Assembly: GCA_003485325.1 (NCBI GenBank)
Contig: DMZI01000041.1
Location: 13,289 to 77,288, forward strand
From: Desulfotomaculum sp.
Lineage (GTDB): Bacteria > Bacillota > Desulfotomaculia > Desulfotomaculales > Nap2-2B
Reading direction: 5' to 3'
DNA length: 64,000 nt
Positions 22,417-35,316 of this stretch are shown one piece after another. The position numbers and the translations under genes were made by a program. The notes beneath the pieces were generated by a model, which saw only the letters and a program-made list of their open reading frames with translations, was not told the origin of the DNA and did no database searches. Within the stretch, counting starts at the first letter, position 1; each line of letters begins with the position of its first letter.

Positions 22417-22468
22417 CTCTACCTCCTTCTTCAAAAGAAGAATCGCGTTTGTACAGTACCGGAATAAG

Positions 22469-23671
22469 CTACTCAATAACAGATGTTACTACCCCGGCGC
22501 CAACTGTACGGCCGCCTTCCCGAATCGCAAAATGCGAACTTTCCTCAATAGCAACAGGTGTGATCAGCTTAATAGCCAGGCGAATATGGTCGCCGGGCAT
22601 GACCATTTCAACTTCTTCCGGCAGGGTGATCACTCCCGTAACATCAGTCGTGCGGAAATAGAACTGAGGCCGGTAACCGTTAAAAAATGGCGTATGGCGT
22701 CCGCCTTCTTCTTTGGTCAGAACATAAATCTCGGCGTTGAAATGAGTATGCGGTTTAATGCTTCCGGGTTTGGCCAGCACCTGTCCGCGCTCGACATCTT
22801 TCCGTTCCACACCGCGCAGCAAACATCCTATATTGTCTCCCGCCTCACCACGGTCCAATATCTTGCGGAACATTTCTACACCGGTTACGACTGTTTTGCG
22901 GGGTTTATCCATCAAGCCTACAATCTCTACTTCTTCACCGACTTTAACCGTTCCCCGTTCCACGCGTCCTGTTGCCACGGTGCCGCGGCCGGTAATTGTA
23001 AATACATCCTCAACGGGCATTAAGAAAGGTTTATCTGTATCCCGTTCAGGAGTAGGAACGTATTTATCAACTGCTGCCAACAGTTCCCAGATTGATTTGC
23101 ACCATTCGCAATCAGGTTTTCCGCAGCCGCATTCCCCTGCTTTTAAGGCGGAACCAATTATTATAGGAGTCTCGTCGCCAGGGAATTCATAGCTTGACAG
23201 TAGTTCTCTCACTTCAAGTTCAACAAGTTCGAGAAGCTCGGGATCGTCTACCATGTCGGATTTGTTCATATAAACAACAATGGACGGAACGTTAACCTGC
23301 CTGGCTAAAATAATATGCTCACGTGTCTGAGGCATTGGGCCGTCTGCCGCTGAAACAACAAGAATCGCTCCATCCATCTGTGCGGCGCCGGTGATCATGT
23401 TTTTGATGTAATCAGCGTGTCCGGGACAGTCAACATGGGCATAATGTCTGTTATTGGTCTCGTATTCCACGTGGGCTGTATTAATCGTTAAGCCCCGTTC
23501 CTTTTCTTCCGGCGCGTTGTCTATTTCTTCATATTTCTTTACAGCCGCCTTTCCCACCGTGGAAAGCACCCTCGTAATAGCGGAAGTTAAAGTCGTTTTC
23601 CCGTGATCGACGTGACCAATCGTTCCAATGTTTACATGAGGCTTAGTTCGCTGAAATTTTGCTTTTGCCAT
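22469..23671 (-). CDS. tuf: Elongation factor Tu
   Basis: [21 protein letters not shown]. Confidence 0.99.
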   Translation of the reverse strand: MAKAKFQRTKPHVNIGTIGHVDHGKTTLTSAITRVLSTVGKAAVKKYEEIDNAPEEKERGLTINTAHVEYETNNRHYAHVDCPGHADYIKNMITGAAQMDGAILVVSAADGPMPQTREHIILARQVNVPSIVVYMNKSDMVDDPELLELVELEVRELLSSYEFPGDETPIIIGSALKAGECGCGKPDCEWCKSIWELLAAVDKYVPTPERDTDKPFLMPVEDVFTITGRGTVATGRVERGTVKVGEEVEIVGLMDKPRKTVVTGVEMFRKILDRGEAGDNIGCLLRGVERKDVERGQVLAKPGSIKPHTHFNAEIYVLTKEEGGRHTPFFNGYRPQFYFRTTDVTGVITLPEEVEMVMPGDHIRLAIKLITPVAIEESSHFAIREGGRTVGAGVVTSVIE

Positions 23672-23774
23672 AAAAAAATTCCTCCTTAAAAATATTAAAG
23701 ATTACATGCGTAAGCCATACTTGCTAGATGAAGCCCCTCCCGGCCCCGCCTGTTTTTTTAATGGACAACTTTGT

Positions 23775-25871
23775 TTAATAAAAATTTTTTATACTGCCGC
23801 CGCGCCGGGAGACAATTTCTTCCGCCAATTGCAATGGCGCCTCACTATAATGGCTGAACTGCATTGTATATGTCCCCCGTCCTTGAGTACGGGAACGAAG
23901 GGCGGTTGCATATCCAAACATTTCAGCTAATGGAACGCTTCCACGGACTATTCTTGCTGTACCCCTGGATTCCATTTCTTCTATCTGCCCCCGACGGGCG
24001 TTTAGATCTCCTATTACGTCACCAACATACTCTTCCAAGACCACCACCTCGATTTTTATAACGGGTTCCAAAATTATAGGTTTGGCTTTCTGAACTGCGC
24101 TTTTAAAACAGATTGACGCTGCGATTTTAAAGGCAACTTCAGATGAGTCAACCTCATGGTAACTCCCGTCAAGCAGGATTGCTTTAACATCCGTTAATGG
24201 AAAACTGGCCAGCACCCCGTTTTCCAAAGCTTCTTTAATCCCAGACTCTATAGCAGGTATGTATTCTTTGGGAATTACGCCTCCTACAATCTTGTTAACA
24301 AATTCAAAACCTGTCCCGCGTTCCAGGGGTTCTACTTCCATGATAACATGTCCATACTGCCCCCGTCCCCCTGTTTGGCGGATGTATTTACCTTCAGCCC
24401 TGCCGATTGCCAGGATTGTTTCCTTATAAGCAACCTGCGGACGGCCAACGTTGGCTTCTACTTTAAATTCACGCAGCAGCCGGTCAATAATAATTTCCAG
24501 GTGCAATTCTCCCATACCCGATATAATAATCTGGCCTGTCTCACCATTTGTATGAATTTTAAAAGTGGGATCTTCTTCTGTCAACTTAACCAGGGCAACA
24601 CCCATCTTGTCCTGATCAGCAACCGTCCTTGGCTCAATGGCTACCGAGATGACCGGTTCGGGAAACTCCATTGATTCCAGTAAAATTGGACTCTGCTCAA
24701 AACAAAGAGTGTCACCTGTGGTTGTTTTTCTTAAACCAACGACAGCAACAATATCCCCAGCATATATTTCATTGACATCTTCCCTGTGATTGGCATGCAT
24801 GCGCAGAATTCGGCCAACCCTTTCCCGCTGGTCTTTTGTAGAATTGTAGATATAAGAACCAGTACTTAGCTTTCCCGAATAGACCCTTATGAATGTAAGT
24901 TTGCCAACATATGGATCTGTCATAATCTTGAAAGCCAGAGCAGAGAAGGGTTCGTCATCGCTTGACATCCGTTTTTCTTCCTGCCCGGTTCCGGGAACAA
25001 TTCCTTTGATGGGAGGCAAATTAATAGGAGCGGGGAGAAAATCTACGATAGCATCTAAAAGCTGCTGTACACCTTTGTTCTTAAAGGAAGAACCGCAGAG
25101 AACAGGAACCATTTTAACTGAAATAGTTGCTTTGCGTATGCTTCGCTTTAAATCTTCCTCACCTAATTCATCACCTTCAAGATACTTGAGCATTAATTCT
25201 TCATCTTGTTCGGCAATAGTCTCAATCAGTTTTTCACGATATTCCGCGGCCAGATCAGCAAGTTCATCCGGAATATCCGTTTCCTCTATCCTTGTGCCCA
25301 GTTCATCGACAAATCTCAATGCTTTATATCTAATCAGGTCTATCACACCAACAAAACTTTCTTCACTTCCGATAGGCAGCTGAATAGCAATAGGATTTGC
25401 TCCCAAACGTTCCTTAATCATGGTAAGCGCCTGAAAGAAATCGGCGCCTATACGGTCCATCTTGTTAACGTATGCTATCCGCGGGACATCGTATTTATCC
25501 GCCTGCCTCCAGACGGTTTCCGATTGCGGCTCGACACCGCCTACTGAGCAAAAAATAGCTACTGAGCCATCTAATATTCTCAGGGACCGTTCTACCTCGA
25601 CTGTAAAGTCAACGTGCCCGGGCGTGTCGATAATGTTGATACAAAATCCTTTCCATTGACAGGTAGTGGCGGCTGAGGTTATTGTTATACCTCTTTCCTG
25701 CTCCTGAACCATCCAGTCCATTGTGGAAGAACCGTCATGGACCTCTCCCATTCTGTGTACCCTGCCGGTATAAAAAAGCATACGTTCGGTAGTGGTGGTC
25801 TTACCGGCGTCAATATGGGCCATGATGCCAATGTTGCGCGTCTTCTCCAATGGAAATTGTCGTGCCACCAT
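23775..25871 (-). CDS. fusA: Elongation factor G
   Basis: [28 protein letters not shown]; start ATG 25871 or GTG 25868 after GGAGG. Confidence 0.98.
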   Translation of the reverse strand: MVARQFPLEKTRNIGIMAHIDAGKTTTTERMLFYTGRVHRMGEVHDGSSTMDWMVQEQERGITITSAATTCQWKGFCINIIDTPGHVDFTVEVERSLRILDGSVAIFCSVGGVEPQSETVWRQADKYDVPRIAYVNKMDRIGADFFQALTMIKERLGANPIAIQLPIGSEESFVGVIDLIRYKALRFVDELGTRIEETDIPDELADLAAEYREKLIETIAEQDEELMLKYLEGDELGEEDLKRSIRKATISVKMVPVLCGSSFKNKGVQQLLDAIVDFLPAPINLPPIKGIVPGTGQEEKRMSSDDEPFSALAFKIMTDPYVGKLTFIRVYSGKLSTGSYIYNSTKDQRERVGRILRMHANHREDVNEIYAGDIVAVVGLRKTTTGDTLCFEQSPILLESMEFPEPVISVAIEPRTVADQDKMGVALVKLTEEDPTFKIHTNGETGQIIISGMGELHLEIIIDRLLREFKVEANVGRPQVAYKETILAIGRAEGKYIRQTGGRGQYGHVIMEVEPLERGTGFEFVNKIVGGVIPKEYIPAIESGIKEALENGVLASFPLTDVKAILLDGSYHEVDSSEVAFKIAASICFKSAVQKAKPIILEPVIKIEVVVLEEYVGDVIGDLNARRGQIEEMESRGTARIVRGSVPLAEMFGYATALRSRTQGRGTYTMQFSHYSEAPLQLAEEIVSRRGGSIKNFY

Positions 25872-25882
25872 AGTACCTCCGT

Positions 25883-26353
25883 TTACCATCTATAATGGGC
25901 AAATGCCCTGTTCGCTTCCGCCATCCTATGCGTATCTTCTCTCTTTTTTGCGGAAGCTCCGGTATTATTTGCCGCATCCATTATTTCCTGGGCCAGTTTT
26001 TCTTCCATGCTTTTTCCGCTTCGTTCCCGCGCATATTTTGTAATCCAACGGATTGCTAAAGTTTGCCTGCGTTCGGGCCGAACCTCTATGGGAACCTGGT
26101 AGTTGGCGCCTCCTACACGGCGGGCCTTGACCTCCAGAATTGGCATTACATTCTTCATTGCGCTTTCAAAAACTGAAAGTGGGCTTTTTCCCGCCTTTTG
26201 CTGAATAATTTCAAAAGCTCCGTAACAAATGCCTTCCGCTATGCTCTTTTTGCCTTTCAACATAATCTGGTTGATCAATTTTGCTACAGTTTTACTGTTA
26301 TAGACGGGATCTGCAGCCACGTCTTTTCTGGAAACATTACCCCTTCTAGGCAT
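25883..26353 (-). CDS. rpsG: 30S ribosomal protein S7
   Basis: [24 protein letters not shown]. Confidence 0.98.
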   Translation of the reverse strand: MPRRGNVSRKDVAADPVYNSKTVAKLINQIMLKGKKSIAEGICYGAFEIIQQKAGKSPLSVFESAMKNVMPILEVKARRVGGANYQVPIEVRPERRQTLAIRWITKYARERSGKSMEEKLAQEIMDAANNTGASAKKREDTHRMAEANRAFAHYRW

Positions 26354-26400
26354 CCTTTCCCTCCTTCACTTTAAACTATACATATTTTTAGAATTATTTT

Positions 26401-26775
26401 TTACTTTTTAGGCCGCTTGGCCCCATACTTGGAACGGCTGCGGTTACGTTTTTGAACCCCCGCTGAATCTAGGGTCCCGCGCACAACATGGTACCTAACA
26501 CCAGGAAGGTCCTTTACACGGCCTCCCCGGACTAAAACCACAGAGTGCTCCTGAAGGTTATGCCCAATTCCCGGGATATAAGACGTTACCTCAATTCCAT
26601 TTACCAACCTTACACGCGCTACTTTCCGCAACGCGGAATTTGGCTTTTTGGGAGTTGTGGTATAAACCCTTGTGCAAACCCCCCTTTTTTGAGGGCATTC
26701 TTTTAAAGCAGGCGCAGAGGACTTTTCAAGAATTTCCTCTCTCCCCCTGCGTATAAGCTGACTGATTGTCGGCAT
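26401..26775 (-). CDS. rpsL: 30S ribosomal protein S12
   Basis: [27 protein letters not shown]. Confidence 0.98.
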   Translation of the reverse strand: MPTISQLIRRGREEILEKSSAPALKECPQKRGVCTRVYTTTPKKPNSALRKVARVRLVNGIEVTSYIPGIGHNLQEHSVVLVRGGRVKDLPGVRYHVVRGTLDSAGVQKRNRSRSKYGAKRPKK

Positions 26776-26801
26776 GCCCATGCCCCTCCTCTTTTTTGCG
26801 C

Positions 26802-27053
26802 TTATAAGTCTAGAATGGCTGCCACTGCGCATCCAACTTCTATGCCGCAGATCCTGCCAAGGCTATACATTGTTTCAACCTCAACAACCGGTATACCCTG
26901 ACTTTGACAAGCCTGTATAATGACCTGGGTAACTTGTTTCTCGGCGTCGAGGGCTATATATACAACTTTTACCTGTCCCCGCTTAACAGCTTTTAAAGTT
27001 TGCTTAGAACCTACTGTTTTTTTTTGAGACTGCTGAAGATCTGCTAAAGACAT
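26802..27053 (-). CDS. ybxF: L7Ae/L30e/S12e/Gadd45 family RNA-binding protein (YbxF-like)
   Basis: [29 protein letters not shown]; canonical position before rpsL; GGAGG SD ahead of ATG 27053. Confidence 0.88.
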   Translation of the reverse strand: MSLADLQQSQKKTVGSKQTLKAVKRGQVKVVYIALDAEKQVTQVIIQACQSQGIPVVEVETMYSLGRICGIEVGCAVAAILDL

Positions 27054-27113
27054 AAAACCCAAAAACCTCCATTGACACCTGTTAAAAAAGCAGGAATCAA
27101 AAGACACTTAAAT

Positions 27114-27142
27114 ATGTTATCACCAGTTGCATATGTTGTCAA
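27114..27142 (-). promoter_or_regulatory. sigmaA promoter for the ybxF-rpsL (str) operon
   Basis: TTGACA-N17-TAACAT with extended TG. Confidence 0.7.
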
Positions 27143-27172
27143 CAGCTCAAAGGTTAAAATTTAAAAGCATTC

Positions 27173-30100
27173 CTAGCTATTTTTTTCATTGTGATCAGGT
27201 TCGTCAAGCACCTTTATGTGCCGGTAACGGCTCATCCCCGTGCCGGCAGGAACCAGTTTACCGATAATAACGTTTTCTTTTAAGCCCAGCAGCGGATCCA
27301 GTCTGCCCTTGATTGCCGCCTCTGTAAGCACCCGGGTTGTCTCCTGGAAAGAAGCCGCCGAAAGGAAAGAATCGGTCGCCAAAGACGCTTTTGTTATTCC
27401 TAAAAGCATCGGTCTTGCCGTAGCTTCCCTGCCGCCAAGAGCTGTAACGCGTTCATTCTCTTCCTCTAATTCGAAAATATCAATTATACCCCCGGGCAGC
27501 AGTTCCGTGTCTCCCGCATCTTCCAGCTTTACTTTGCGAAGCATCTGCCGGATCATTACTTCAATATGCTTGTCATTTATTTCCACTCCCTGCAAACGGT
27601 ACACCCGTTGCACCTCTTGAAGCAGGTATAGTTGTACGCCCTGTGCGTTCTTTACTTTTAACAAATCATGCGGGTTTATTGAACCGTCTGTAAGTTCGTC
27701 TCCTATGCTCACCTCGTTGTTGCTATCAACTTTGATACGCGCGCCATAGGGTACAGGATAGTTCCTTCTCTCGCCGTCTTTTGACGTAATTACAACTTCT
27801 TTGCGTTCTTTATTATCCTGGATTTCTATAAACCCGTCTATTTCGGCAATAATTGACTGGCCTTTAGGGCGGCGGGCTTCAAAAAGTTCTTCAACCCGCG
27901 GAAGTCCCTGGGTAATATCCTCTCCGGCGACGCCCCCGGTATGGAATGTCCTCATGGTCAGCTGGGTTCCGGGCTCGCCGATGGACTGGGCGGCAATAAT
28001 ACCGACTGCTTCCCCAATATCAACAGGGGACCCGGTAGCAAGGTTTCGTCCGTAGCATTTTATACAAATACCGTAACGCGTCTTGCAGGTTAGAACCGAC
28101 CGGATCTTTACTCTTTTTATTCCAGCTTGAACGATTTGTTCAGCTTTTCCTTCATCTATTTCCTCATCTCGCAGGACGATTATTTCACCGGTTTGGGGAT
28201 CGATTATATCGGCAGCTGCAAGCCTTCCGACAATCCGGTTTTCCAGCTGTTCAATAACTTCAGCGCCGTCCTTGATTTCCTCAACCTCAATATACTGGTC
28301 TGTATGACAGTTATCCTCACGCACGATTACATCCTGAGCAACGTCAACAAGACGCCTGGTCAGGTACCCGGAATCAGCAGTCCGCAGGGCTGTATCAGCC
28401 AGCCCCTTGCGGGCGCCGTGCGTTGAAATAAAATACTCCAATACGGTCAGTCCTTCTCTGAAATTGGCCTTAATCGGCATATCAATAATCCGTCCGGAAG
28501 GATCGGCCATTAAACCGCGCATCCCGGCCAACTGTCTGATCTGCTGAATATTACCGCGGGCTCCGGAATTAGCCATCATGTACACCGGGTTAAATTTTCC
28601 AAGGTTGTCAACTAAAGCTTTGGTGACCTTCTCTGTGCTTTCGTTCCAAACGCTGATCACCTTCCGGTAACGTTCATCTTCTGTAATCAGACCCCGGCGG
28701 AACTGCTGCTCAATGACTTCGATCTGCTCGTCGGCATTTTTCAAAACACTTACTTTCTCCTTGGGTATGGTCAGATCGGAGATGCTGATCGTAACCCCCG
28801 CCTTGGTCGCAAAACGAAAACCTATTTTTTTGATCCCATCCAGCAATGATGTTGTTGCTGCAAACCCCAATTTACGGTAACTAAGATCAACCAGCTTGCT
28901 CAGGCTCTTCTTATCCATGGTCTGGTTTTGATAACCCAGTTCGTCCGGAACTACTTCGTTGAAGATCAGTCTTCCGATAGTTGTTTCCAGGTAACCGCCT
29001 TTTTTCTGACGCACCTTTACCCTTGCCTGTATACCGGCCACTTCGTTGTAATATGCCATCACCGCTTCATCTTTATCTTTAAAGATCATATTTTCCCCCA
29101 GGGCGCCAGGTTTTTCTTCAGTAAGGTAATAACAGCCCAGGACCATATCCTGAGTCGGTACTGCAACCGGCCGGCCATCCTTGGGGTTTAATATATTATG
29201 AGCTGCAAGCATTAATAGTCTGGCCTCCGCTTGTGCTTCCGAGGAAAGCGGAACGTGTACCGCCATCTGATCACCATCAAAGTCCGCGTTATATGCCGCG
29301 CATACCAAAGGATGAATTTGAATTGCCCGGCCTTCTACAAGAACCGGTTCAAAAGATTGGATGCCCAAACGGTGAAGTGTGGGAGCGCGGTTTAACAGAA
29401 CAGGGTGCTCTTTGATAACATCTTCCAGAACATCCCATACTTCCGGCTTGACTCTTTCCACCATCCTCTTTGCGCTCTTGACATTGTGCGCATAGCCCTT
29501 GCTGACCAGCCTTTTCATTACAAAGGGTTTAAAAAGCTCCAAAGCCATTTCTTTCGGAAGGCCGCATTGGTGCAGTTGAAGACTGGGACCTACAACAATA
29601 ACGGAACGACCGGAATAATCAACACGTTTGCCTAAAAGGTTCTGACGGAAACGGCCTTGTTTTCCCTTCAGCATGTCGCTTAACGACTTTAAGGGACGGT
29701 TTCCCGGCCCTGTGACAGGCCTGCCGCGCCTGCCGTTGTCTATTAACGCATCAACGGCTTCCTGCAGCATGCGTTTTTCATTTCGGACAATTATATCCGG
29801 CGCGCCAAGTTCAAGCAGCCGCTTGAGGCGGTTGTTGCGGTTGATCACCCGCCTGTACAGGTCGTTTAGGTCCGAAGTGGCAAACCGTCCGCCGTCAAGT
29901 TGGACCATGGGACGGAGTTCAGGCGGAATGACAGGAACCACGTCCAGAATCATCCATTCCGGCCGGTTTTCCGATTTGCGAAATGCCTCGACAACTTCCA
30001 GCCGGCGAATTGCCCTGATCTTTCGTTGTCCGGAAACTTCCCTGAGTTCCTTTCTCAGTTCATCGTCCAACTCCTCTAGATCAATTTCTTCCAGCAAAAG

Positions 30101-30670
30101 CTTGACGGCCTCCGCACCCATATATGCCCGGAAAGCATTTCCGTATCTCTCGCGGTTTTCCCGAAATTCAGTTTCAGTAAGCAGTTGTTTTTTAAGTAAA
30201 GGGGTTGCTCCGGAGTGAATGACTATATATGAAGCAAAGTACAATACTTTCTCAAGCGCACGTGGTGATATATCCAGCAGTAAACCCATCCGGCTTGGAA
30301 TACCTTTAAAATACCAGATGTGGGATACAGGCGCAGCCAGTTCGATATGCCCCAGCCGCTCACGGCGAACTTTTGAACGGGTAACTTCAACTCCGCACCG
30401 GTCACAGACGATACCCTTATAACGTACGCGTTTATATTTGCCGCAATGACACTCCCAGTCCCGGGTAGGACCGAAAATTCTTTCGCAGAATAATCCGTCT
30501 CTTTCCGGTTTGAGAGTACGGTAGTTTATTGTTTCTGGTTTTTTTACTTCCCCGCTCGACCACTGACGGATTTGTTCGGGTGACGCTAACCCAATTCTAA
30601 TGCGATCGAAGTCATTTAAGTCCAACAAGGAGCCCGCCCCTTTCTGTATTTTAGATACGTTTTTAGACAT
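27173..30670 (-). CDS. rpoC: RNA polymerase beta' subunit (probable start TTG at 30625 or 30628)
   Basis: Zn finger CHCGK...CDRC, catalytic [15 protein letters not shown]. Confidence 0.99.
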   Translation of the reverse strand: MSKNVSKIQKGAGSLLDLNDFDRIRIGLASPEQIRQWSSGEVKKPETINYRTLKPERDGLFCERIFGPTRDWECHCGKYKRVRYKGIVCDRCGVEVTRSKVRRERLGHIELAAPVSHIWYFKGIPSRMGLLLDISPRALEKVLYFASYIVIHSGATPLLKKQLLTETEFRENRERYGNAFRAYMGAEAVKLLLEEIDLEELDDELRKELREVSGQRKIRAIRRLEVVEAFRKSENRPEWMILDVVPVIPPELRPMVQLDGGRFATSDLNDLYRRVINRNNRLKRLLELGAPDIIVRNEKRMLQEAVDALIDNGRRGRPVTGPGNRPLKSLSDMLKGKQGRFRQNLLGKRVDYSGRSVIVVGPSLQLHQCGLPKEMALELFKPFVMKRLVSKGYAHNVKSAKRMVERVKPEVWDVLEDVIKEHPVLLNRAPTLHRLGIQSFEPVLVEGRAIQIHPLVCAAYNADFDGDQMAVHVPLSSEAQAEARLLMLAAHNILNPKDGRPVAVPTQDMVLGCYYLTEEKPGALGENMIFKDKDEAVMAYYNEVAGIQARVKVRQKKGGYLETTIGRLIFNEVVPDELGYQNQTMDKKSLSKLVDLSYRKLGFAATTSLLDGIKKIGFRFATKAGVTISISDLTIPKEKVSVLKNADEQIEVIEQQFRRGLITEDERYRKVISVWNESTEKVTKALVDNLGKFNPVYMMANSGARGNIQQIRQLAGMRGLMADPSGRIIDMPIKANFREGLTVLEYFISTHGARKGLADTALRTADSGYLTRRLVDVAQDVIVREDNCHTDQYIEVEEIKDGAEVIEQLENRIVGRLAAADIIDPQTGEIIVLRDEEIDEGKAEQIVQAGIKRVKIRSVLTCKTRYGICIKCYGRNLATGSPVDIGEAVGIIAAQSIGEPGTQLTMRTFHTGGVAGEDITQGLPRVEELFEARRPKGQSIIAEIDGFIEIQDNKERKEVVITSKDGERRNYPVPYGARIKVDSNNEVSIGDELTDGSINPHDLLKVKNAQGVQLYLLQEVQRVYRLQGVEINDKHIEVMIRQMLRKVKLEDAGDTELLPGGIIDIFELEEENERVTALGGREATARPMLLGITKASLATDSFLSAASFQETTRVLTEAAIKGRLDPLLGLKENVIIGKLVPAGTGMSRYRHIKVLDEPDHNEKNS

Positions 30671-30724
30671 AAAACCTGAAGATGCTACTCCACTTAAAGA
30701 CCTCTTTAAACTGCAAAGAAGCTA

Positions 30725-33700
30725 TTACTCTATTTCAGCTTCATCCTCCTCTTCTTCATCAAGAACAAGGTTATCATCAAAGGATTCATCAACGTAATCC
30801 TCTTCTTCGTCTTCATCACTAATATTTTCGTTAGGAAGGCTTCCTTTGCCGTATGCAGTTTCTTCAACATGCATGTCAAGCCACAGACCCTTTGCCGCCT
30901 CTGTGTTGTCTTCTTCAATTTCCATGATTTCGATTTCCTCATCATCTTCTGAAAGAACTTTAACATCCAGGCAAAGACTCTGCAATTCCTTCACCAGTAC
31001 CTTAAACGACTCGGGAACACCCGGTTCAGGCACGTTTTCTCCCTTTACAATCGCCTCATAAGTCTTAACCCGGCCCAGGACATCATCCGATTTGACAGTT
31101 AAAATTTCCTGGAGAGTATAAGCAGCGCCATAGGCTTCAAGCGCCCAGACCTCCATTTCGCCGAAACGCTGCCCGCCAAATTGCGCCTTTCCTCCCAGAG
31201 GCTGCTGTGTAACCAGTGAGTACGGTCCGGTTGAGCGGGCATGGATCTTATCATCAACCAGATGGGCAAGCTTCAACATGTAAACATATCCGACGGTAAT
31301 CGGGTTATCAAACGGTTCTCCAGTGCGGCCGTCATGAAGGACAATTTTCCCGTCCTCAGGAAGACCGGCCTTATTCAGAAACTCAAGAATCTCTTTTTCG
31401 CCGGCCCCATTAAAAACAGGGCTTGAAACGTAATAACCCATTTCTTTTGCAGCCCATCCAAGATGAGCCTCCAATACCTGCCCCAGATTCATTCTTGAAG
31501 GCACCCCCAGAGGGTTCAAAACAATTTCGACTGGTGTGCCGTCAGAAAGGAAAGGCATATCCTCTTCAGCCAGTATGCGTGCAATTACACCTTTATTTCC
31601 ATGACGACCGGCCATCTTATCGCCTTCAGAAATTTTCCTTTTTTGGACAACGTAAACCCTGACCAGCCTGTTTACTCCGGGAAGAAGTTCATCCCCGTTA
31701 TTCCTCGAAAACACCTTGACATCGACTACCTTGCCACCTTCCCCATGCGGCACGCGTAAAGAGGTATCCCTTACTTCACGCGCTTTCTCACCAAAAATGG
31801 CTCTCAATAAACGTTCTTCTGCAGTAAGTTCTGTTTCTCCCTTGGGAGTTACTTTACCCACAAGAATATCTCCGGGACGGACTTCAGCACCTATACGGAT
31901 AATTCCCCGGTCGTCCAAATCTTTAAGTATGTCCTCTCCGATATTTGGAATATCCCTGGTTATTTCCTCAGGACCGAGTTTAGTATCTCTGGCTTCACAT
32001 TCATATTCCTCGATATGAATTGAGGTGAAATAATCTTCTTTGACCAATTTTTCGCTTACCAGTATTGCGTCCTCATAATTAAAGCCTTCCCAGGGCATAA
32101 AAGCAACCAGCACATTGCGTCCCAGAGCCAGTTCTCCTTGATCTGTTGAAGGACCGTCTGCAATTACCTGGCCGGTTTTAACACGTTGGCCTTTTTTAAC
32201 TATTGCTTTCTGGTTTATACATGTTCCCTGGTTAGAACGGTTAAATTTTAAAAGCTTGTGTGTATTAACTGCGCCTTCGTCAGTCCGGATTAAAATTTCA
32301 TTGGCCGTAACCCTCTCCACAACGCCGTCGCTTTTTGAAAGCACGACAACACCGGAATCGCAGGCAACCTTATATTCCACCCCTGTGCCAACTAGCGGAG
32401 CTTCAACTTTAATCAGCGGAACAGCCTGGCGCTGCATATTGGCGCCCATCAGCGCACGGTTGGCGTCATTGTGCTCAAGAAAGGGAATTAAAGCTGAAGC
32501 CACACTGAACACCTGCTTGGGCGAAACGTCCATATAATCAACCTTGGAATCAGGGACAACCATAATTTCCCCATGATACGAGCGCGCACTCACCCGGCCC
32601 TTGAAATAACCATTTTCGTCAAGGGGAACGTTAGCCTGAGCAATTACGTTTTCCTCTTCCTCATCAGCAGTCAGATACCTGATTTCCTCGGTAACACGTT
32701 TGTTTTGTTTTTCTACTTTACGGTAAGGAGTTTCAATAAAGCCAAATGGGTTAACCCTGGCATAACAGCTTAAAGATCCGATAAGACCGATATTCGGACC
32801 TTCAGGGGTCTCAATCGGACAGATTCTTCCATAATGGGAATGGTGCACATCACGGACTTCGAAACCCGCCCTTTCACGGCTGAGTCCGCCGGGACCCAGT
32901 GCGGAAAGACGGCGCTTGTGGGTCAGTTCTGCAAGAGGATTTGTCTGATCCATAAACTGAGACAACTGACTTGAGCCAAAAAACTCCTTAATTGCGGCAA
33001 CCACCGGACGGATATTTATTAAAACCTGTGGGGTAATTACATCTATATCCTGGATTGTCATCCGCTCTCTGATTACTCGTTCCATCCTGGCCAATCCAAT
33101 GCGAAACTGGTTTTGAAGCAATTCGCCAACAGAACGGACCCTGCGGTTACCCAGGTGATCGATATCGTCAACACGCCCTTCTCCATCCATCAGTTTCAGT
33201 AAATACAGCAATGTTTGTATAATATCTTTGTGCGTCAATTCACGAATGAATTCACGGTTTGCCTCCCTTTGCCGCGATTTCAGATCGCCGGCAGGTTCGC
33301 CATCACGGTATAAAACACCGTGTTTTAGCTTCTTTTCGATCTTATATCTGCCAACATTGGCCAGGTCATAGCGTTTTGGATCAAAAAACAGGGAGTTAAG
33401 CAACGTGCGGGCGCTTTCAACAGCAGGAGGTTCCCCAGGTCTAAGCCGTTTGTAGATTTCAACCAGGGCTTCCTCTTCTGAATCAGTGTTGTCCCGTGCC
33501 AGAGTATCCTGAATATGCACGTTTTCATTTAACAGTTCCATTATTTTAAGGTTGGGACCGTAACCCAGTGCCCTTATCAATACTGTTGCCGGTATTTTAC
33601 GGGTACGGTCAATACGAACAAAAATCTGATCATTTGCATCTGTTTCAAACTCCAGCCAGGCTCCGCGATTGGGAATAATCGTCGCAGTATAGATTTTTTT

Positions 33701-34153
33701 GCCCGATGTATCAATCTGTTCACCAAAATAGACACCGGGGGAACGAACCAACTGGCTGACAATTACGCGTTCAGCTCCGTTAATAATGAAAGTTCCTTTT
33801 TCAGTCATTAAGGGGAGGTCCCCCATAAAAACTTCCTGTTCCTTTACCTCACCGGTCTCCTTATTGATTAACCTCACTTTGACACGCAAGGGTGAGAAAC
33901 AGGTAACGTCTCTTTCTTTACATTCTTCTTCCGAATATTTAGGTTCCCCTAACGAATAATCTAAAAACTCCAAAACAAGGTTCCCTGTAAAGTCTTGAAC
34001 AGGAGAAACATCACGAAATACTTCCCTCAGTCCTTCTCTTAAGAACCACTCGTATGAACCTTTTTGAATCTCAATAAGATCTGGCAGTTCTAAGACCTCT
34101 TTGAGTTCAAAAAAGCTCCATCGCTCCCTGGAACCCAAATTTAAAAGACTCAT
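30725..34153 (-). CDS. rpoB: RNA polymerase beta subunit
   Basis: [34 protein letters not shown]. Confidence 0.99.
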   Translation of the reverse strand: MSLLNLGSRERWSFFELKEVLELPDLIEIQKGSYEWFLREGLREVFRDVSPVQDFTGNLVLEFLDYSLGEPKYSEEECKERDVTCFSPLRVKVRLINKETGEVKEQEVFMGDLPLMTEKGTFIINGAERVIVSQLVRSPGVYFGEQIDTSGKKIYTATIIPNRGAWLEFETDANDQIFVRIDRTRKIPATVLIRALGYGPNLKIMELLNENVHIQDTLARDNTDSEEEALVEIYKRLRPGEPPAVESARTLLNSLFFDPKRYDLANVGRYKIEKKLKHGVLYRDGEPAGDLKSRQREANREFIRELTHKDIIQTLLYLLKLMDGEGRVDDIDHLGNRRVRSVGELLQNQFRIGLARMERVIRERMTIQDIDVITPQVLINIRPVVAAIKEFFGSSQLSQFMDQTNPLAELTHKRRLSALGPGGLSRERAGFEVRDVHHSHYGRICPIETPEGPNIGLIGSLSCYARVNPFGFIETPYRKVEKQNKRVTEEIRYLTADEEEENVIAQANVPLDENGYFKGRVSARSYHGEIMVVPDSKVDYMDVSPKQVFSVASALIPFLEHNDANRALMGANMQRQAVPLIKVEAPLVGTGVEYKVACDSGVVVLSKSDGVVERVTANEILIRTDEGAVNTHKLLKFNRSNQGTCINQKAIVKKGQRVKTGQVIADGPSTDQGELALGRNVLVAFMPWEGFNYEDAILVSEKLVKEDYFTSIHIEEYECEARDTKLGPEEITRDIPNIGEDILKDLDDRGIIRIGAEVRPGDILVGKVTPKGETELTAEERLLRAIFGEKAREVRDTSLRVPHGEGGKVVDVKVFSRNNGDELLPGVNRLVRVYVVQKRKISEGDKMAGRHGNKGVIARILAEEDMPFLSDGTPVEIVLNPLGVPSRMNLGQVLEAHLGWAAKEMGYYVSSPVFNGAGEKEILEFLNKAGLPEDGKIVLHDGRTGEPFDNPITVGYVYMLKLAHLVDDKIHARSTGPYSLVTQQPLGGKAQFGGQRFGEMEVWALEAYGAAYTLQEILTVKSDDVLGRVKTYEAIVKGENVPEPGVPESFKVLVKELQSLCLDVKVLSEDDEEIEIMEIEEDNTEAAKGLWLDMHVEETAYGKGSLPNENISDEDEEEDYVDESFDDNLVLDEEEEDEAEIE

Positions 34154-34197
34154 TCTACGCTACCAACCCCTTTGGAAATTTGTCAAAAAGAAACAAG

Positions 34198-34239
34198 GAA
34201 AAAGCAAGGTCCGGTTTAATTCCGATCCTCGCTTTTTTC
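34198..34239 (-). terminator. Long hairpin followed by a U-rich tract in the rplL-rpoB spacer (terminator or attenuator)
   Basis: Minus strand AAAAAGCGAGG-ATCGG-AATTAAA-CCGG-A-CCTTGCTTTTT then CCTTGTTTCTTTTT. Confidence 0.6.
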
Positions 34240-34321
34240 TCAAACGGAAGCGTTTCTACAATATTATCCCCCAAAATAATTTAGCAAATACAAGAAAACG
34301 TAAAAAAGGAACTATCTATAT

Positions 34322-34350
34322 AGACTAGCACTTTATAATTTGGCTGTCAA
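34322..34350 (-). promoter_or_regulatory. Candidate sigmaA promoter for rpoBC
   Basis: TTGACA-N17-TAGTCT with extended TG. Confidence 0.5.
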
Positions 34351-34368
34351 TATGTATGTATTTATAAA

Positions 34369-34755
34369 TTATTTTACGTCGACGCCGGCTCCCTGCTCTT
34401 CCAGTTTTTCCTTGATGGATTGCGCTTCTTCTTTGCTGATCTTTTCCTTCACAGGCTTGGGAACGTTATCCACAAGTTCTTTGGCCTCTTTTAATCCAAG
34501 GCCGGTAATCTCACGAACCACTTTAATTACATTAATTTTCTTGTCTCCTACAGATGACAAAATAACATCAAACTCCGTCTGTTCCTCTTCTTCCACAGCA
34601 GGCTGAGCAGACGCAGCCCCTGCAGCAGGAGCTATCATAGCGACAGGCGCAGCAGCGCTTACACCAAACTCTTCTTCAAACTTCTTAACCAGTTCAGCCA
34701 GTTCCAGAACTGTTAAACCTTTTACAGCTTCAACTATTTCGTTGACTTTAGACAT
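34369..34755 (-). CDS. rplL: 50S ribosomal protein L7/L12
   Basis: [27 protein letters not shown]. Confidence 0.98.
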   Translation of the reverse strand: MSKVNEIVEAVKGLTVLELAELVKKFEEEFGVSAAAPVAMIAPAAGAASAQPAVEEEEQTEFDVILSSVGDKKINVIKVVREITGLGLKEAKELVDNVPKPVKEKISKEEAQSIKEKLEEQGAGVDVK

Positions 34756-34782
34756 TTACAATGCAACCCCCTATTTTAATTA

Positions 34783-35316
34783 TTAACCTGTTTCTCCGGC
34801 AGATTTTTGCCTGCGGATTTCTTCAATTACATAGACCAGATTTTTCAGTGAACCGCTTAAAACATTTACCAGTCCATAAACGGGTGCCTGCATGCCGCCT
34901 ACAACTCTGCCCAACAAAACTTCACGCGAAGGCAGTTCGGCCAGTTGACGGACCTGCTTGTCCTGAATAACTTTCCCTTCCAATACGCCGCCTTTAATTA
35001 CTAACTGTTTAAATTCACGAGTTATTTCGATTAATAATTTTGCGGGTTTAACCGGATCGCCCTTGCAAAATGCAATCGCAGTCGGTCCTTCAAGAATAGA
35101 GTCTAAATCTTTAAGGCCTATTTCTGTTGCAGCAAGACTGGTGAGAGTGTTTTTGGCAACCTTTAGTTCGCCGTCAATTTCCCGCAACTTACGGCGCAAA
35201 CTGCTCATTGATGCGACATCAAGTCCGCGAAAGTCGGCCAATATGGCAATTTTACTGTCCTTTAATTTATCTCTGATTTCATTTATAATTTTTTGTTTTT
35301 CATCTCTGGAAGGCAT
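34783..35316 (-). CDS. rplJ: 50S ribosomal protein L10
   Basis: DFRGL, KVAKNTL, GPTAIAF, LAELPSRE. Confidence 0.97.
   Translation of the reverse strand: MPSRDEKQKIINEIRDKLKDSKIAILADFRGLDVASMSSLRRKLREIDGELKVAKNTLTSLAATEIGLKDLDSILEGPTAIAFCKGDPVKPAKLLIEITREFKQLVIKGGVLEGKVIQDKQVRQLAELPSREVLLGRVVGGMQAPVYGLVNVLSGSLKNLVYVIEEIRRQKSAGETG

Noticed and set aside
23734-23750. G-rich tract GGCGGGGCCGGGAGGGG in the fusA-tuf spacer (possible G-quadruplex)
   Set aside because: Only three tracts of three or more G; no complementary arm or other support
32860-32990. Rifampicin-resistance region of rpoB (and the streptomycin sites of rpsL)
   Set aside because: Residues match the usual sensitive consensus ([23 protein letters not shown]; PKKPNS)
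34466-34474. Perfect DnaA box TTATCCACA
   Set aside because: Single copy inside rplL; no box cluster, dnaA or DUE, so not oriC. I also noticed no convincing parS site.
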